From Candidatus Woesearchaeota archaeon (GTDB lineage: Archaea; Nanobdellota; Nanobdellia; Woesearchaeales; JACJVV01): 64,000 bases of DNA. How positions within the stretch are numbered: position 1 is the first letter of the stretch; each line of letters starts with the position of its first letter. The notes under the pieces were generated by a model that did not search any database, was not told where the DNA came from, and saw only the letters and a list, made by a program, of their open reading frames with translations. A program made the translations under genes and the position numbers. The stretch is from assembly GCA_020637495.1 (NCBI GenBank), contig JACJVV010000001.1, positions 366,232 through 430,231 on the forward strand. Reading direction: 5' to 3'. Of this stretch, positions 38,701 through 46,714 are shown piece after piece.

Positions 38701-40579
38701 TGAATGCTATGATGGCATTGATAATGATGGCGATGGGTATGTAGATCTTGTAGATGCAGGATGTGATAGTACTCAAGATAATGATGAGAGGAATGTAATA
38801 TGCTTTAGCAATTCAGATTGCGGTTCATCTAACGATGATTCATATTGCAATATCAATGGAGACTATGTTGTTGACACAACAACTCCTACATGCTTCAATG
38901 CAGGAACCTACTATAGTTATTGTGCTGATATTGTCTATGACAACGTAGAGGAATGTACAGGCTCATGCACAAATGCAAACGGTTGTGAGTACACAGAATG
39001 CAGCGATGGCATCGATAATGATAATGATGGCAGCATTGATTATCCTAATGATCTAGGTTGCACTTCCCCTGAAGATGACAACGAGGCTGACGGATATGTG
39101 ATGTGCAACTCCAATTCAGACTGTGGAAGCATGAATATTGGTACTAGTTGCGTCGATGGTGATTTCCTTACAACAACAACGATTCCAACATGCCTCAATC
39201 CAGGAACAGAACAGAGCTCATGCTATATAAATATGAGTGATGAATGGGACTATTGCAGCAATTCATGCAGCGATGATCTAGGATGCGATTCTACTGAATG
39301 TTCAGACGGCATCGACAATGACAATGATGGTTATGCAGATTATCCTAACGATCTAGGATGCAGCAATTACTATGACAATGATGAGAGTGACGGGAACGTT
39401 GAATGCAACACTGATCTAGATTGCGGAAGCATTTCTGTCGGATACAGCTGCGATTACAATTCATTTACAACAACAACTACTACACCTGTATGCATTGATG
39501 CAGGGACAGAACACAGTTCTTGTACAGAGACTGTTGATGTAGATGCTGTAGGATGCAATAATGTATGCTCTGCTGAATATGGCTGTGATTACACAGAATG
39601 CAGCGATGGCATCGATAATGATAATGATGGCTTGATCGATTTTGGAGACGACCCTGGTTGTGATAGTTATAGTGATAATGATGAATATAACGCACCTGTC
39701 ATAAGCTGCTATTCTGATTCAGACTGTGGCTACCTTGATGGAACAAACACACATTGCGAAGAACTTGATTTTGTGATTGAGACAAATGTAGGCATATGTG
39801 TTGATGCAGGGACTTCAGATAGCTATTGCACAGGTGAATATTATAGCACTGAAACAATAGCTTGTACATTGACATGCAATGATGCATACGGATGCATGAA
39901 TGCAGAATGCAGCGACGGTATCGACAATGATGGTGATGGAAACATAGATCTCAGCGATGCAGGTTGCGACAACGAGTTTGACGATGATGAGAGTGATGAA
40001 CCGGTTTATGTACCACAATGTTCAGACGGTATCGATAATGATGGTGATACATTGGTTGACATGGACGATCCAGGTTGCAGTTCTCCTGATGATGACTTTG
40101 AAGGAGATGGAACAAGCGCTTGTGATGATGGCATAGACAACGACAACGACGGCTTAATTGATAGTAATGATCCTGGATGCCTAAGTCCTCAGGACAATGA
40201 TGAGTATAATGCAGCAATCTATAGTGATGCAGGGGATGATGAAGACCTCATAATTGAGAACATGGTACTTATCGATGGCGGTAAAGTTACAGGTATTGAA
40301 TCAGCAGTTGTAGAAGCAGGAGATGAAGTGACAGTTGGAGTAACTTTCAGAAATAGGGGAGATAACAGGCTTGATGATGTCAGGTTACAGGTATCCATCC
40401 CTGAGCTAGGGATTTCCAGAAGGATACATAAGTATGACCTTTCAGTTGGTGAAAGGGAGCTGGCTCACGTTGATTTATTGATCCCAGATTGGGTCCAACC
40501 AGGTGAGTATCTAGTGAGGGTGCTTGTCTATGATGAAGAGGCAAAACGTCTTCAGCATAGGTATTTAACCATACAGTAA
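35762..40579 (+). CDS. Giant secreted Cys/Asp-rich repeat protein (1605 aa) with ~15 MopE-like putative metal-binding modules and a C-terminal CARDB-like domain
   Basis: Signal peptide. An ~95-aa module (...CSNSLGCDYTECSDGIDNDNDGxIDYPNDLGCSxYYDDDESDGxVxCYSNSDCG...C..AGTExSxC...) recurs ~15 times; the C...DGxDNDxDGxxD core recurs also in shorter tandem copies near the C-terminus. One ~110-aa non-repeat insert, and a C-terminal beta domain (RLDDVRLQVSIPELGISRR...PGEYLVRVLVYDEE). Confidence 0.7.
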   Translation: MRFINLILFFFVIALAGSAFAYDSGWNQLAPQNGGACGCAYPSCEESDYGLTWLQEGSCVTSASYDFLCQGNRCNILKSIGAGRTYDIPSTGNYYLSVDAIWSSEYERLYGGVNTWGSDSIRRSSYDFNSAVQCVWRNPFYVNSDPAQVWFEGASNSGSVHVGYFRLSTEIPDDVYVFCDDGSQVPHVYECNDGIDNDGDGYVDYPYDLGCSSSVDNDEGDGHVACYSDSNCGNTQISTSCNIAGDHVTTITNYDCINPGTEHSYCTSSQQTSTDDCDYICSNSLGCDYTECSDKIDNDVDSTIDFPNDAGCSDYYDDDESDGPVTCYSNSDCDYLDDIDSYCTGSLYKTETLDGVCNYAGTDASYCSQKVKNVVVDQCSYICSDSLGCDYTECSDRTDNDNDGTIDYPIDLGCSDYYDDDESDGYVACYNNADCGAITNDYSCNYAGDYVQTTTVPNCFNAGTEQSYCIDIIDTTTDDCANICSNSYGCDYTECSDGIDNDNDNFVDFPDDLGCSNYYDDDESNGPVECYSNGDCVVNNVVNTYCDGDDFVTEVPKGVCDNPGTEQSQCIIEYNVDVEKCNNICSNSLGCDYTECSDGIDNDNDNFVDYPIDSACNNYYDDDESGDIKLVETKWDIDILSSSDTYQTDRGCHDISVKVEAYDSFDDVEITVRIPGTPYGLVNTSDLFDIVNGQIVTKSMLLCLPDDMETDYYTLVVQGDDSDGSLFIQNYPIKLEGLPVECYTHSDCGLNGFTEYCSVQGNHVTESTMFYCHNAGTELSFCTNETNSNVDECDYICSNNLGCDYTECSDGIDNDNDNLVDYPNDLGCDNYYDDDESNDPIECYSNDDCPQTSQPAPYCDGNDYVVVEVDSVCVNPGTAQSSCEAISNEMIQECNYICSNNLGCDYTECSDGQDNDGDGLVDYPNDPGCLSYSDTDEYNIITVVHECSDGIDNDGDGSADYPYDFSCSSPTDDDETYPRPECYDGIDNDGDGYVDLVDAGCDSTQDNDERNVICFSNSDCGSSNDDSYCNINGDYVVDTTTPTCFNAGTYYSYCADIVYDNVEECTGSCTNANGCEYTECSDGIDNDNDGSIDYPNDLGCTSPEDDNEADGYVMCNSNSDCGSMNIGTSCVDGDFLTTTTIPTCLNPGTEQSSCYINMSDEWDYCSNSCSDDLGCDSTECSDGIDNDNDGYADYPNDLGCSNYYDNDESDGNVECNTDLDCGSISVGYSCDYNSFTTTTTTPVCIDAGTEHSSCTETVDVDAVGCNNVCSAEYGCDYTECSDGIDNDNDGLIDFGDDPGCDSYSDNDEYNAPVISCYSDSDCGYLDGTNTHCEELDFVIETNVGICVDAGTSDSYCTGEYYSTETIACTLTCNDAYGCMNAECSDGIDNDGDGNIDLSDAGCDNEFDDDESDEPVYVPQCSDGIDNDGDTLVDMDDPGCSSPDDDFEGDGTSACDDGIDNDNDGLIDSNDPGCLSPQDNDEYNAAIYSDAGDDEDLIIENMVLIDGGKVTGIESAVVEAGDEVTVGVTFRNRGDNRLDDVRLQVSIPELGISRRIHKYDLSVGERELAHVDLLIPDWVQPGEYLVRVLVYDEEAKRLQHRYLTIQ

Positions 40580-40735
40580 TAGCAAAATTCCATTTTTTAT
40601 TTACTTTAAAATGGTAACAAAAGCGAAATATTTAAATAGTAGGGAGGTATTCTCTACCTAAAACGGCAGCAATGCTGTCCACGAGAATACTCGAAAATAA
40701 ATAACAATCAAAACACTAAATTGGGGGTTACGCAA

Positions 40736-42037
40736 ATGAAGGGTTTTAAAACAATAGCAATCGTCGCTTTGATGCTTTGTGCATTCCTGGCTTCAGCTCT
40801 TGCAGTTGATCTAGGCAGCGTACTTGACGTTACAACAAAGATCGATGGCGATATTGTAAGTCCAAACGAAGATGTTAGAAAGGACTTTGAAAGAGGAGAA
40901 ATAGTTGACCTGAAAGTCAATGTGATTTCTGAAATAGAATTGGAAGATGTCGAGATTACAGCAATAATCTCAGGTTATGAATTCAACAACATCGAGCCAA
41001 TGTCAGATACATCAAGCATTTTTGACATGGAACCAAATGTCTCATACAGTAAGAGACTTAATGTAAGAATTCCAGTTGAAGTTGAAGAAGACAACTACAA
41101 GTTGAGAATCTTGGTTTCAAACAGATATGGTCAATCAGTGATATATGATTATAATCTAAAGCTAGATTCACCAAGACACGGATTCCAGATTGAGGATGTA
41201 GTATTCTCACCAGGAACAGTTGTTGAAGCTGGAAGAGCTTTGTTGACAACAGTACGTGTTGAGAACAAGGGTGAGAGGGATGAAGACAGCGTTAAGGTGT
41301 CAGTAGCAATCCCAGAACTAGGCGTAAGCGCTTCAGATTTCATCGATGAGATCGAATTTGAAGATTCTGAAACAAGTGAAGAGATGTACATGAGAATTCC
41401 AGTATGTGCACAGCCAGGCGATTATCAGGCAGTTATCGAAGTAAGATACAATGAACTAAGAGAAGCTGTTTATGAGAATGCTATCATCACAGTTGTAGAA
41501 AGTGATGCATGCGGTGCTGCAATGGGACAGAATGAAGCTCAGACAACAATCGCTCTGGGTGCAACATCACAGAACTTGGTTCCTGGAGAAGCAGGAGCAT
41601 TGTATCCATTGACAATAACAAATAATGGTAATGGTGCAGTTGCTTACAGCGTTTCAGTTGAAGGAACAAACGATTTCGCATCAGTTCAGATCAACCCAGT
41701 CAGTACATTCGTACTTAATGGTGGAGACAGCCAGGCTGTTTTCGTTTACCTAACACCTGCTGAAGATGCAGCTGAAGGTCAGCATGTATTCACAGTAAGC
41801 GTGAACTCAGGTAATGAAGTACTTAAGCAGATCCCTTTGACTGCAGTAGTTGAAGAAGGAGACGGCAAATCAAGTTCAAGTGGAAGCGTAAACCTCAGAG
41901 ATGCACTTGAAGTTGGACTTATTGTGCTTGTTGTCCTTTTGATCATCCTAGCAGTTGTTGTAGGAATCAAGAAGCTTAAGGAAGAACAGGAAGACAATGA
42001 TGACGAAGATGACGTAGAGGGTAAAACCTACTACTAA
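40736..42037 (+). CDS. CARDB-like repeat cell-surface protein with a C-terminal TM anchor and acidic tail
   Basis: Signal peptide, three beta-domains carrying ...SVKVSVAIPELGVSA...PGDYQAVIEVRYN-type segments like the giant protein's C-terminus, then a TM helix and a DDEDD tail. The ORF track begins at a TTG at 40721; ATG 40736 is preceded by GGGGGT. Confidence 0.55.
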   Translation: MKGFKTIAIVALMLCAFLASALAVDLGSVLDVTTKIDGDIVSPNEDVRKDFERGEIVDLKVNVISEIELEDVEITAIISGYEFNNIEPMSDTSSIFDMEPNVSYSKRLNVRIPVEVEEDNYKLRILVSNRYGQSVIYDYNLKLDSPRHGFQIEDVVFSPGTVVEAGRALLTTVRVENKGERDEDSVKVSVAIPELGVSASDFIDEIEFEDSETSEEMYMRIPVCAQPGDYQAVIEVRYNELREAVYENAIITVVESDACGAAMGQNEAQTTIALGATSQNLVPGEAGALYPLTITNNGNGAVAYSVSVEGTNDFASVQINPVSTFVLNGGDSQAVFVYLTPAEDAAEGQHVFTVSVNSGNEVLKQIPLTAVVEEGDGKSSSSGSVNLRDALEVGLIVLVVLLIILAVVVGIKKLKEEQEDNDDEDDVEGKTYY

Positions 42038-42079
42038 TTTTCTTTTTTTTTACTTTAAATTTTCTTTAATATCTTTTGT

Positions 42080-42457
42080 GTGAATCTGATGTCAAGAACA
42101 CAATCTAACGATATCCTTAGTTTCTTTGTGAGGCAAATGACTTCTGAGTCTGCATTTAATAAGGTGTCTTTGAAAGGTATAATAAATGCATATTCTTCAA
42201 GAGTTGTTCCAACCCTAGGAATCGAGACAGTTACATCAATACGTGTTCAAGCTGATCCTAGCTGTAATCCAGGTTCCTGTTCCAATTATTTTGTGTATCT
42301 CAGTGGTTTATTGAAAAAAGATTTCAGCACTCTTGATCTGCCAGTAGGGGATAGCATATCATCTTATGGGATATTGCGAGAGGATAATGTTTTTATCCCT
42401 ACAGAGCTTGCAAATTCAACGACTTGCATTGTATACGGGATAAAACCCTATAATTGA
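42080..42457 (+). CDS. Hypothetical protein (125 aa)
   Basis: ORF only. Confidence 0.3.
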   Translation: MNLMSRTQSNDILSFFVRQMTSESAFNKVSLKGIINAYSSRVVPTLGIETVTSIRVQADPSCNPGSCSNYFVYLSGLLKKDFSTLDLPVGDSISSYGILREDNVFIPTELANSTTCIVYGIKPYN

Positions 42458-42542
42458 CCATATTTATATTCAAATCATGCAAAAGTTTATATATACAATA
42501 GCTATTCCAAAGTAGTAAAAGTTACTTAAAGGTATATTCAAA

Positions 42543-45500
42543 ATGGGGGACTTGAAACATAGTGTACTAGTAGGAGTTCTAGCTATTCTAGCAATATTCA
42601 GCTTATCAATCGCTTATGCTGCTACAGAGGATTTCCAGTACAGTGCAGCAAGCCAATATCAAGCATGCGCTTGTGATGCATTTGCAATTCCTGCTATCAT
42701 TGAGAATACCGGTGAAGTTGTCTCATTCTATCAAATCTCACATCAAGGTTCAGCAGCAGAATGGGTGCAGACAGTACCTTCTGTCATTTCAGTGAATGCT
42801 GGAGAGAGCGCTTCTGTAGCAAACTTCGTGAATGTCCCTTGCGATGCGCGAGGAACTTATGAAATATATACACAGGTCGAATCAACTTTTGGATTGAACA
42901 AAGTTCATGTGGCAAATATCAACGTTAATAAGTGCCAGGTCATAGATGTCAGTCTAGCAACTCCTTCAACTGCGATGGTTTGTGCTGGAGATGTCGCTTC
43001 TTATGAATTCAACCTGGAAAATTCAGGCTCATTCCGAGAAGACTTAAAAGTTGAGATTGACAATATCGAAGATATCAGCCAATTCAACCTTCCTAGCTAT
43101 ACTGTTAATCCAGGAAGGACAGAGAAAGCTTATCTATATATAACATCATTCAAGGATATTGGCAATTACCAAGCTAATATCACATTTACAGCGACAAGAT
43201 CAGGTTGGGAATACAAGATACCAATAAGATATTCTTCAGTTGATTGTAGCCCTAAAGATGTTTCAGGTGATGAGGTTGGATTGCCGTCTATTGCTACCTT
43301 ACTTAATGTTGCAGTCATATTGCTAATAATACTGCTGTTGATAGTATTCATAGTATTAGTCGTGAAAGTAGTCGATAAGAGAAGACGAACAGAAGCTGTC
43401 ATGACTGACAAAGAGAAAGGGAAACTTAACTCTGAGAAGGAGAAAGAGAAATTACGAAAAAGAAAAGAAAGAGAGGAGCGAAGACGTAAATTCAGAGAGA
43501 GATGGGAATCAGCCAGACTGAAAAGGAAAGAAGAAAGAGAGAAAGCAAGGAAGAGACGTGAGGAAGAGCGAAAAAAAGCCCAAGAGAAGAGAGATAAAGA
43601 GAGACAGGAGAAAGAGAAACAGAAGAAAGCTGACGCAAGAAAGGTTGCCAATAAAAAAACTCGTGATGAGAAGAAAAAGAATGATCAAAAACAAACTAAG
43701 CCAGCAAGAAAGAAAACAGCTGGAAAGAAAAATAGTATCAAATCAACTATCTTATGGATAATAATAATTATTGTAGCGCTTCTATTGCTAGGTTTAATCA
43801 TTTGGGGAATAATTGCTGCAGTACCTTACATCTCTGATATGTTCCAAAGCAATGCAACTATGGATGGAAATGCAACAAATATTTCAAATGAAACTATAGA
43901 TATATTCGATAATTCAACAGGTGATGCATTTGATAATGAGACGTTGAATGCAACAAATATAACTGATGTTGAATCTAACAATCCCGTGATCGGATTCTTC
44001 ACTAATTATGGGACAGCTTGCTCTGTATGGATTTCAATCTTCTTCATACTATTCATCGCATCATTGTTTTTACTTGGGATAAAAGATGGTGTGGATTGGT
44101 CAAAAGCTAAGAAGCAATGGTTCAAATATGTAAAGTATACGTTACCTATCGTATTGTTTATTGCTCTATTACTGAGCTTTGTATTCTGTATAATGAGCAA
44201 TCTATCAAGTGAATGGCCAGGAAGCTGCAGTATTGTGACTATAGAGAATGAAACTTATGATGGAGGATATTTCGCTTCAAATGAGTCAATATTTAATACT
44301 ACTGAACTGATGAATGACAGCAGTGTGATTGTCGATAAAAAACCTGTGTCATCATGTTTCTGCACTACTTTGTTCGGATTTGATGGTTGGTGGTGCCTCA
44401 TATTACTTGCATTGCTTATAGTTATCATCTTGATAATAATGTGGCTTGTAGTTGTAGTCCCTGTATGGGTTGCTGGATTGAAACGAAAGCAAAAGAAAGG
44501 GGCTAAGGCTACAGAAAAACAAAAAAAATCTTCTGTTAGAAAAACAGCAAGAAAGAGCAAGAAAGAGAAGAAAGATCCAAAGATTCTCAACATATGGAAA
44601 GATATCATATTATTATTGATATTATTGCTGCTCTTATTGGCAATTGGTGTATATTTTTACAATGCTTATAAAATGGAGCAGCCTTTCATGAAACTTCTTG
44701 ATACAGAAGAATTTGACCATCCTTATGATGAAAGCTTGATATGCAATGCAACTTTTGAGCATAATGGTATTGCTTTGACGTTGCCAGAGACACAATTATT
44801 TGATATAAACAACGCTACTTATCTGCTTGAATACTCATGGTATCTTGAGGATCTTGATGAAGAAGGCAATTACAGCCTTGAAGTCGAGAACCAGAGATCA
44901 AATAGGTTATTGACAAGAGATATTGAGATTGGAGATAGATGGATCTGTGAAGTAAGCTTTATACTTGAGGAAACTGATGATGCAACAAATGAGACAAATG
45001 TGACTGTGCAGAGATTCAATAGCACAATATACAATATCATCGATCCTGAAGCAATCATTGAAGACGAGCAGCCTGAAGAGATTGAACAAGAGATAACCAA
45101 TGAGACTAATGTTTCAGATGATGCTGATATTGTTGAAGATACTGAAGTTATAGATGTTAATGAGAGCGGTATTGAGGAGAATGAAACCGTTATGGAAGAA
45201 CCTGATGAAGTTGATCAGATGATCACATTCATAGCCGAGAATAATCTTACTAAATCTTTCCATTATTTAGTGATGAGTTCAGGCTCAAAAGTCATAGACC
45301 TTACGGATAATTTTGAGGATCCTGATGGTGATGAGCTATTCTTCACTTCTGCTACAAATTCAAGTAATATCACTATAGATATCTGGAAAGGAAAAGCAAC
45401 CATAACTGCAGCTGAAGGTTTCAGGGGACTGGCAGATGCAAAATTCCTTGCTGAAGATCCTTCAGGTGAGATTGTCACTGCAACAATGACTATTGTAGTT

Positions 45501-45731
45501 ACAAATGAACCAGTATGGGAGGAAAGCTATACTTACATATTGATAGGCATGGTAATAGTCCTTCTTTTGATAATATTGATTGTATTCTTGAACACGAAAC
45601 CAGTCAAGAAAAGTGAGCAAGAGAATAATAAGCCAAAAGATGAGAAGCCTGTGAATGATAAGCAAGGGATTGAGGAAGAACCATCAAAGCCTGACTCAAA
45701 AAAGTCTGAAGGTTTTTTCAAGAATTTCTAG
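42543..45731 (+). CDS. Large polytopic membrane protein (1062 aa) with an N-terminal extracytoplasmic beta-domain, a highly charged K/R/E segment and sequon-dense loops
   Basis: Signal peptide. At least seven hydrophobic helices. A ~130-aa KEKEKLRKRKEREERRRK... charged coil. Clusters of N-x-S/T sequons (NATMDGNATNISNETIDIFDNSTGDAFDNETLNATNITD), and a C-terminal TM plus K/E tail. Confidence 0.5.
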   Translation: MGDLKHSVLVGVLAILAIFSLSIAYAATEDFQYSAASQYQACACDAFAIPAIIENTGEVVSFYQISHQGSAAEWVQTVPSVISVNAGESASVANFVNVPCDARGTYEIYTQVESTFGLNKVHVANINVNKCQVIDVSLATPSTAMVCAGDVASYEFNLENSGSFREDLKVEIDNIEDISQFNLPSYTVNPGRTEKAYLYITSFKDIGNYQANITFTATRSGWEYKIPIRYSSVDCSPKDVSGDEVGLPSIATLLNVAVILLIILLLIVFIVLVVKVVDKRRRTEAVMTDKEKGKLNSEKEKEKLRKRKEREERRRKFRERWESARLKRKEEREKARKRREEERKKAQEKRDKERQEKEKQKKADARKVANKKTRDEKKKNDQKQTKPARKKTAGKKNSIKSTILWIIIIIVALLLLGLIIWGIIAAVPYISDMFQSNATMDGNATNISNETIDIFDNSTGDAFDNETLNATNITDVESNNPVIGFFTNYGTACSVWISIFFILFIASLFLLGIKDGVDWSKAKKQWFKYVKYTLPIVLFIALLLSFVFCIMSNLSSEWPGSCSIVTIENETYDGGYFASNESIFNTTELMNDSSVIVDKKPVSSCFCTTLFGFDGWWCLILLALLIVIILIIMWLVVVVPVWVAGLKRKQKKGAKATEKQKKSSVRKTARKSKKEKKDPKILNIWKDIILLLILLLLLLAIGVYFYNAYKMEQPFMKLLDTEEFDHPYDESLICNATFEHNGIALTLPETQLFDINNATYLLEYSWYLEDLDEEGNYSLEVENQRSNRLLTRDIEIGDRWICEVSFILEETDDATNETNVTVQRFNSTIYNIIDPEAIIEDEQPEEIEQEITNETNVSDDADIVEDTEVIDVNESGIEENETVMEEPDEVDQMITFIAENNLTKSFHYLVMSSGSKVIDLTDNFEDPDGDELFFTSATNSSNITIDIWKGKATITAAEGFRGLADAKFLAEDPSGEIVTATMTIVVTNEPVWEESYTYILIGMVIVLLLIILIVFLNTKPVKKSEQENNKPKDEKPVNDKQGIEEEPSKPDSKKSEGFFKNF

Positions 45732-45777
45732 AAAACATTTAAAAAAGAACTTGCAGTTCTGATATTCATTACGTTTT

Positions 45778-45851
45778 GGGGACGTAGTATAAGCTGGTTA
45801 GTATAGTTGGCTCCAGACCATCGGATCGGGGTTCAAATCCTCGCGTCCCCA
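45778..45851 (+). tRNA. tRNA-Trp (anticodon CCA)
   Basis: Acceptor stem GGGGACG/CGUCCCC with discriminator A. D-arm GUAU-AAGCUGGUUA-GUAU. Anticodon arm GUUGG-CUCCAGA-CCAUC with a single U:U mismatch. T-arm CGGGG-UUCAAAU-CCUCG; no encoded CCA and no intron. Confidence 0.8.
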
Positions 45852-46013
45852 TTTTCTATTTAGGATTTGAACATGCTCTCACTTCGTTCGGCAGTTTGCT
45901 CACTTCGTTCACAAACAATCCTCGCGTCCCCATTTTCTATCTAGGATTTGAACATGCTCTCACTTCGTTCGACAGTTTGCTCACTTCGTTCACAAACAAT
46001 CCTCGCGTCCTCA
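45852..46013 (+). repeat. Two tandem ~81-bp repeat units immediately 3' of tRNA-Trp, each ending in a copy of the tRNA 3' end
   Basis: Units 45852-45932 and 45933-46013 are ~95% identical. Each starts with GGATTTGAAC (the reverse complement of the tRNA T-loop half), contains the internal direct repeat CTCACTTCGTTC x2, and ends with AATCCTCGCGTCC[C/T]CA (last 16 nt of the tRNA; 1 mismatch in the distal copy). Confidence 0.85.
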
Positions 46014-46076
46014 TATTTTATTCTATATATCTGCCTAAACAAATGCTTAAATATCATTGTTTTACATTGCAATAAA

Positions 46077-46694
46077 ATGCTATACAAAATAATCAATTCT
46101 AGGACAACTGAGTTAGTGGATAAGTTGAGAGACACAAGAACCAAGTCATTTGCATTCTCTACAATAGTGGATGAATTGGCAGCGATTCTAGCTTATGAAG
46201 CTGGAAAGGATCTTCCTATGCTTACTAAGGAAGTTCCTCATTGGCAAGGTACTTATGAAGCAAAGTATGTTGATCAGTCAAGGATAGGCATATTTCCTGT
46301 GCTTAGGGCAGGAATTGGTATGGAAAAAGGTGTAAGGTCACATTTCCCTAATGCTTCAGTCTATCATCTAGGCATGAGACGTGATGAGACTACAGCAGAA
46401 CCTATATGGTATAGAGAACCAGAGAATGTCACTTGCGAGTTAGCGATACTTCCTGATCCGATGCTTGCAACAGGTGGTAGCGGTGTTGAAGCGATGAAGC
46501 TAATTGAGAGCTATGGATGCAAAAGAATGAAGATGCTATCAATTGTTGCTGCTCCTGAAGGAATAGCAAGGATTGAAAAAGAATTTCCGCAAGCAGATAT
46601 CTATGTCACTGCACTGGATGAAAGGTTAAACGAACAATTCTTTATTCTTCCGGGATTGGGTGATGCAGGCGACAGGATATACAATACTCAATGA
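46077..46694 (+). CDS. upp: Uracil phosphoribosyltransferase
   Basis: PRPP-binding loop (AILPDPMLATGGSG) and a C-terminal ILPGLGDAGDRIY motif. The ORF-track start at 45948 lies in the repeat and is rejected in favour of the Met at 46077. Confidence 0.85.
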   Translation: MLYKIINSRTTELVDKLRDTRTKSFAFSTIVDELAAILAYEAGKDLPMLTKEVPHWQGTYEAKYVDQSRIGIFPVLRAGIGMEKGVRSHFPNASVYHLGMRRDETTAEPIWYREPENVTCELAILPDPMLATGGSGVEAMKLIESYGCKRMKMLSIVAAPEGIARIEKEFPQADIYVTALDERLNEQFFILPGLGDAGDRIYNTQ

Positions 46695-46714
46695 TAAATA
46701 TCTTTCTTATTATA

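Noticed and set aside
36255-40217. Several His/Cys-rich minus-strand ORFs inside the giant repeat gene
   Set aside because: They are artefacts of reading the GAT/GAC/TGC-rich repeat modules on the opposite strand, and are periodic with the sense-strand repeats.
43166-43761. ORFs in alternative frames over the K/R/E-rich segment of the 1062-aa gene
   Set aside because: Low-complexity AAG/AGA repeats are open in several frames; the sense frame is continuous with flanking TM helices.
45941-46144. 67-aa minus-strand ORF, and the 45948-46076 N-terminal extension of the upp ORF
   Set aside because: Both run through the tandem tRNA-derived repeats. The upp homology begins only at the Met at 46077.
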